From contig WFWT01000007.1 in NCBI GenBank assembly GCA_015490995.1, forward strand, positions 13,671 to 77,670: a stretch of DNA of 64,000 bases, read 5' to 3'. The position numbers and the translations under genes are program-made. Origin of the DNA: Anaerolineae bacterium. Lineage in GTDB: Bacteria; Chloroflexota; Anaerolineae; JAADDB01. Positions 61,618-64,000 of this stretch are shown here, piece after piece. Position 1 is the first letter of the stretch. Each line of letters begins with the position of its first letter. The notes under the pieces were generated by a model. The model was not told the origin of the DNA. It saw only the letters and a list, made by a program, of their open reading frames with translations, and ran no database searches.

Positions 61618-61700
61618 ACCGTCCCCGCGAGAACGTTTTAAGCAGACAAGAGCTGTTAAGGGTTGAGGGAAGAGCACACCATACCATGGGGAACAGGGGA

Positions 61701-62726
61701 ATGAGCACACCGCTACTGGAACTGCGTAACGTTACCAAGGTGTACGGTGGTGGTTTCTTACGCCGAGGGCCGGTAACGGTCGCGCTGCAGGACTTCAACC
61801 TGACGTTGTACGAACAACCGGCCAAAATCATCACCATAGCCGGCGAAAGCGGAAGCGGTAAAACCACGCTGGCCAACCTGATCTTGGGCTTTATCAAGCC
61901 TACCGCCGGCCACATCCTCTATCGGGGGCAGGACATCCATCGGATGAACCGCCACCAACGCCTGCAATACCGTCGGGAGGTTCAGGCCGTTTTCCAGGAC
62001 CCGTACGAGGTGTACAACCCCTTCTATCGGGTCAAACACATCTTCGACATGGCCATCCGTAACTTTCAGCTGGCCCGTTCGCGGGAGGAAAGCCGCGCCC
62101 TGATAGAGGAAGCGTTGAACGTTGTCGGCCTGCGGGCGGAGGAGGTGCTGGAAAAATACCCCCATCAGCTCAGCGGCGGACAGCGCCAACGCATGATGGT
62201 CGCGCGTGCCTTCCTCTTGAAACCCCGCCTCATCGTGGCCGACGAGCCGGTCTCTATGGTGGACGCCTCCCTTCGGGCTATGATCCTGGACATTATGATG
62301 CGCTTGCGGGATGAACACCAGATCTCTTTTCTGTACATCACCCATGATCTGAGCACCGCCTATCAAATTGGCGATGAAATTTACATCCTCTATCAGGGGA
62401 CCGTCGCGGAGTGCGGGGACACGGTAACGGTCATCGAACACCCGAAACACCCCTATGTGCAACTGCTCATCAACGCCATTCCGGTCCCCGATCCTGACGT
62501 ACGCTGGGGCGAAGACCAGGTGATCACTCTGGATGATGAGGAGATGCGCACCTCAATCCACAGTGGCTGCCGTTTCTACCCCCGGTGTCGTCATCGCATG
62601 GCCCACTGCCAGCACACCCGGCCTCCACTGTACCGCGTGGGGGAGAACCACTATGTGACCTGCTTCCTGTACGAAGAACAGCCGACTCCTGCTCCCCTGG
62701 CCGAGGGGGCAGACGTGAAGGATTAA
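61701..62726 (+). CDS. ABC ATPase (OppF-like)
   Basis: GESGSGKT, LSGGQRQR and GCRFYPRC. Confidence 0.93.
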   Translation: MSTPLLELRNVTKVYGGGFLRRGPVTVALQDFNLTLYEQPAKIITIAGESGSGKTTLANLILGFIKPTAGHILYRGQDIHRMNRHQRLQYRREVQAVFQDPYEVYNPFYRVKHIFDMAIRNFQLARSREESRALIEEALNVVGLRAEEVLEKYPHQLSGGQRQRMMVARAFLLKPRLIVADEPVSMVDASLRAMILDIMMRLRDEHQISFLYITHDLSTAYQIGDEIYILYQGTVAECGDTVTVIEHPKHPYVQLLINAIPVPDPDVRWGEDQVITLDDEEMRTSIHSGCRFYPRCRHRMAHCQHTRPPLYRVGENHYVTCFLYEEQPTPAPLAEGADVKD

Positions 62727-62755
62727 TGGTCTGAACAGCAGGGAGTGAATGAGAG

Positions 62756-62791
62756 ATGGGTTGGGGCTGGCCATGGGCAGCTTCAACCCAT
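62756..62791 (+). other. Intercistronic hairpin before the mannosidase gene
   Basis: ATGGGTTGGGGCTG/CAGCTTCAACCCAT stem with G-U pairs. Confidence 0.45.
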
Positions 62792-62884
62792 TCACTATGC
62801 CCGGATGACGGCCATCTCCCGTTGCCTGCTCGCTGAGGGGCCGTCTGACAGAGCCAACACACCAACGATATGGAGGATGGTCCT

Positions 62885-64000
62885 ATGTACCACCGGATCT
62901 ACTGGACACTGGAGCGAGCTCTTCAGCGACTGGAACTGCTCGCACGCTACGAGTACGTCCACCGGGAACCGTTGCCCCCCTTTCGTTACCGCGAGCTCTC
63001 CGACGCGCTCACCCTACCTCCGGTAACGGAGGATATCGACGACACCTCTTGGGAGATAATTCCCCCGAACTCCTACTGGGGCCGCCCGATGACAAACTTC
63101 GTGCTACGCACCCACTTCCGAGTACCCGAGACGTGGCACCCCGCTTGGCCGGTGGCCCTCTACCTGCCCTTGGGCCACGCGGGGGATTTCAGCCATCCGG
63201 AAGCGCTTGTGTACGTGGACGGTCGGCCATACGCAGCGTGTGACCGGCATCATCAGGAGATCGGGGTACCGGGGCTCTGGCGCGACGGGCAAACGCACCT
63301 GATCGCCCTTCACGGCTGGACCGGCCTGATGGGCTTTCGACACCGGCAACCGGGCACCAAACTCTTCATGGGTGAGTGCGCGTTGGTACAAGTTCACCCC
63401 CCCACTCGCGCGTTTCTGGCCACAGCTCGCGTTGCCGTCGCCACCGCCCGTGTTCTGCCTGAGGATAACCCCACCCGCACGGCCATTCTCAACGCGCTTG
63501 AAGAAGCCTTCACCCACGTAGACTGGCGAGAACCCGGAAGTGCCACCTTCTACGAGAGCCTCCCCGTCGCCCACGCCTTGCTGTGTGAACGCCTGCGTTC
63601 CGCCGGCCCGACGTTGCCTGTGGAGGTCATCAGTGTGGGGCATGCCCACATCGATGTAGCCTGGCTGTGGCCCCTTGCCCAAACCCGGCGCAAGGCCGGC
63701 CGCTCGTTCCACACGGTCATCCGCCTGATGGAACAGTTCCCCCACTACACTTTTACCCAGAGTCAGCCCCAGCTGTACGAGTTCGTACGACAGGATTATC
63801 CCTGCTTGTTTGAAGCCATCCGCCAACGTGTGGCCGAAGGCCGGTGGGAACCCATTGGCGGCATGTGGGTAGAGGCGGACTGCAACCTCAGTGGCGCGGA
63901 AGCCCTTGCCCGCCAATTCCTGCTAGGACGCACCTTCTTCCGGGAACACTTTGGTCCCAACGCGGAAACCCCCGTGCTCTGGCTCCCCGACACGTTCGGT
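62885..64000 (+). CDS. GH38 alpha-mannosidase, 5' part; runs off the window end
   Basis: Manual translation MYHRIYW...GHAHIDVAWLWP...QSQPQLY...GGMWVEADCN...WLPDTFG; GGAGG RBS; absent from the ORF track because there is no stop in the window. Confidence 0.92.
   Translation, partial: MYHRIYWTLERALQRLELLARYEYVHREPLPPFRYRELSDALTLPPVTEDIDDTSWEIIPPNSYWGRPMTNFVLRTHFRVPETWHPAWPVALYLPLGHAGDFSHPEALVYVDGRPYAACDRHHQEIGVPGLWRDGQTHLIALHGWTGLMGFRHRQPGTKLFMGECALVQVHPPTRAFLATARVAVATARVLPEDNPTRTAILNALEEAFTHVDWREPGSATFYESLPVAHALLCERLRSAGPTLPVEVISVGHAHIDVAWLWPLAQTRRKAGRSFHTVIRLMEQFPHYTFTQSQPQLYEFVRQDYPCLFEAIRQRVAEGRWEPIGGMWVEADCNLSGAEALARQFLLGRTFFREHFGPNAETPVLWLPDTFG

Overview
64 kb of a high-GC (about 60% by eye) bacterial chromosome, most likely a Chloroflexota (Anaerolineae/Ardenticatenia-like) genome, judged from the Chlor_Arch_YYY membrane protein, an MmyB-type regulator and a C-terminal xLPxxxR-type motif. 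Most of the window is housekeeping: recN, ftsK, tyrS, metG, rluE, nuoB-CD-I, bcp, jag-yidC-yidD-rnpA-rpmH, ndk, cobB and rsfS. I saw no rRNA, tRNA, CRISPR array, integrase or transposase. The most interesting parts are: (1) a two-component-regulated ApbE/ferric-reductase flavinylation locus with 11-bp-period TTAA boxes and a candidate non-canonical flavinylation substrate; (2) a 4-kb block of unknown ORFs around an MmyB regulator whose two outer genes appear to share a helical domain; (3) an ECF/PanT-like operon carrying a ThnT/DmpA-like hydrolase and a structured leader; (4) several unannotated structured leaders; (5) a stand-alone nuoB-CD-I module; and (6) a LacI-controlled Opp-type sugar ABC/GH38 operon with two visible operators. 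All calls come from reading the sequence by eye, with no database searches.
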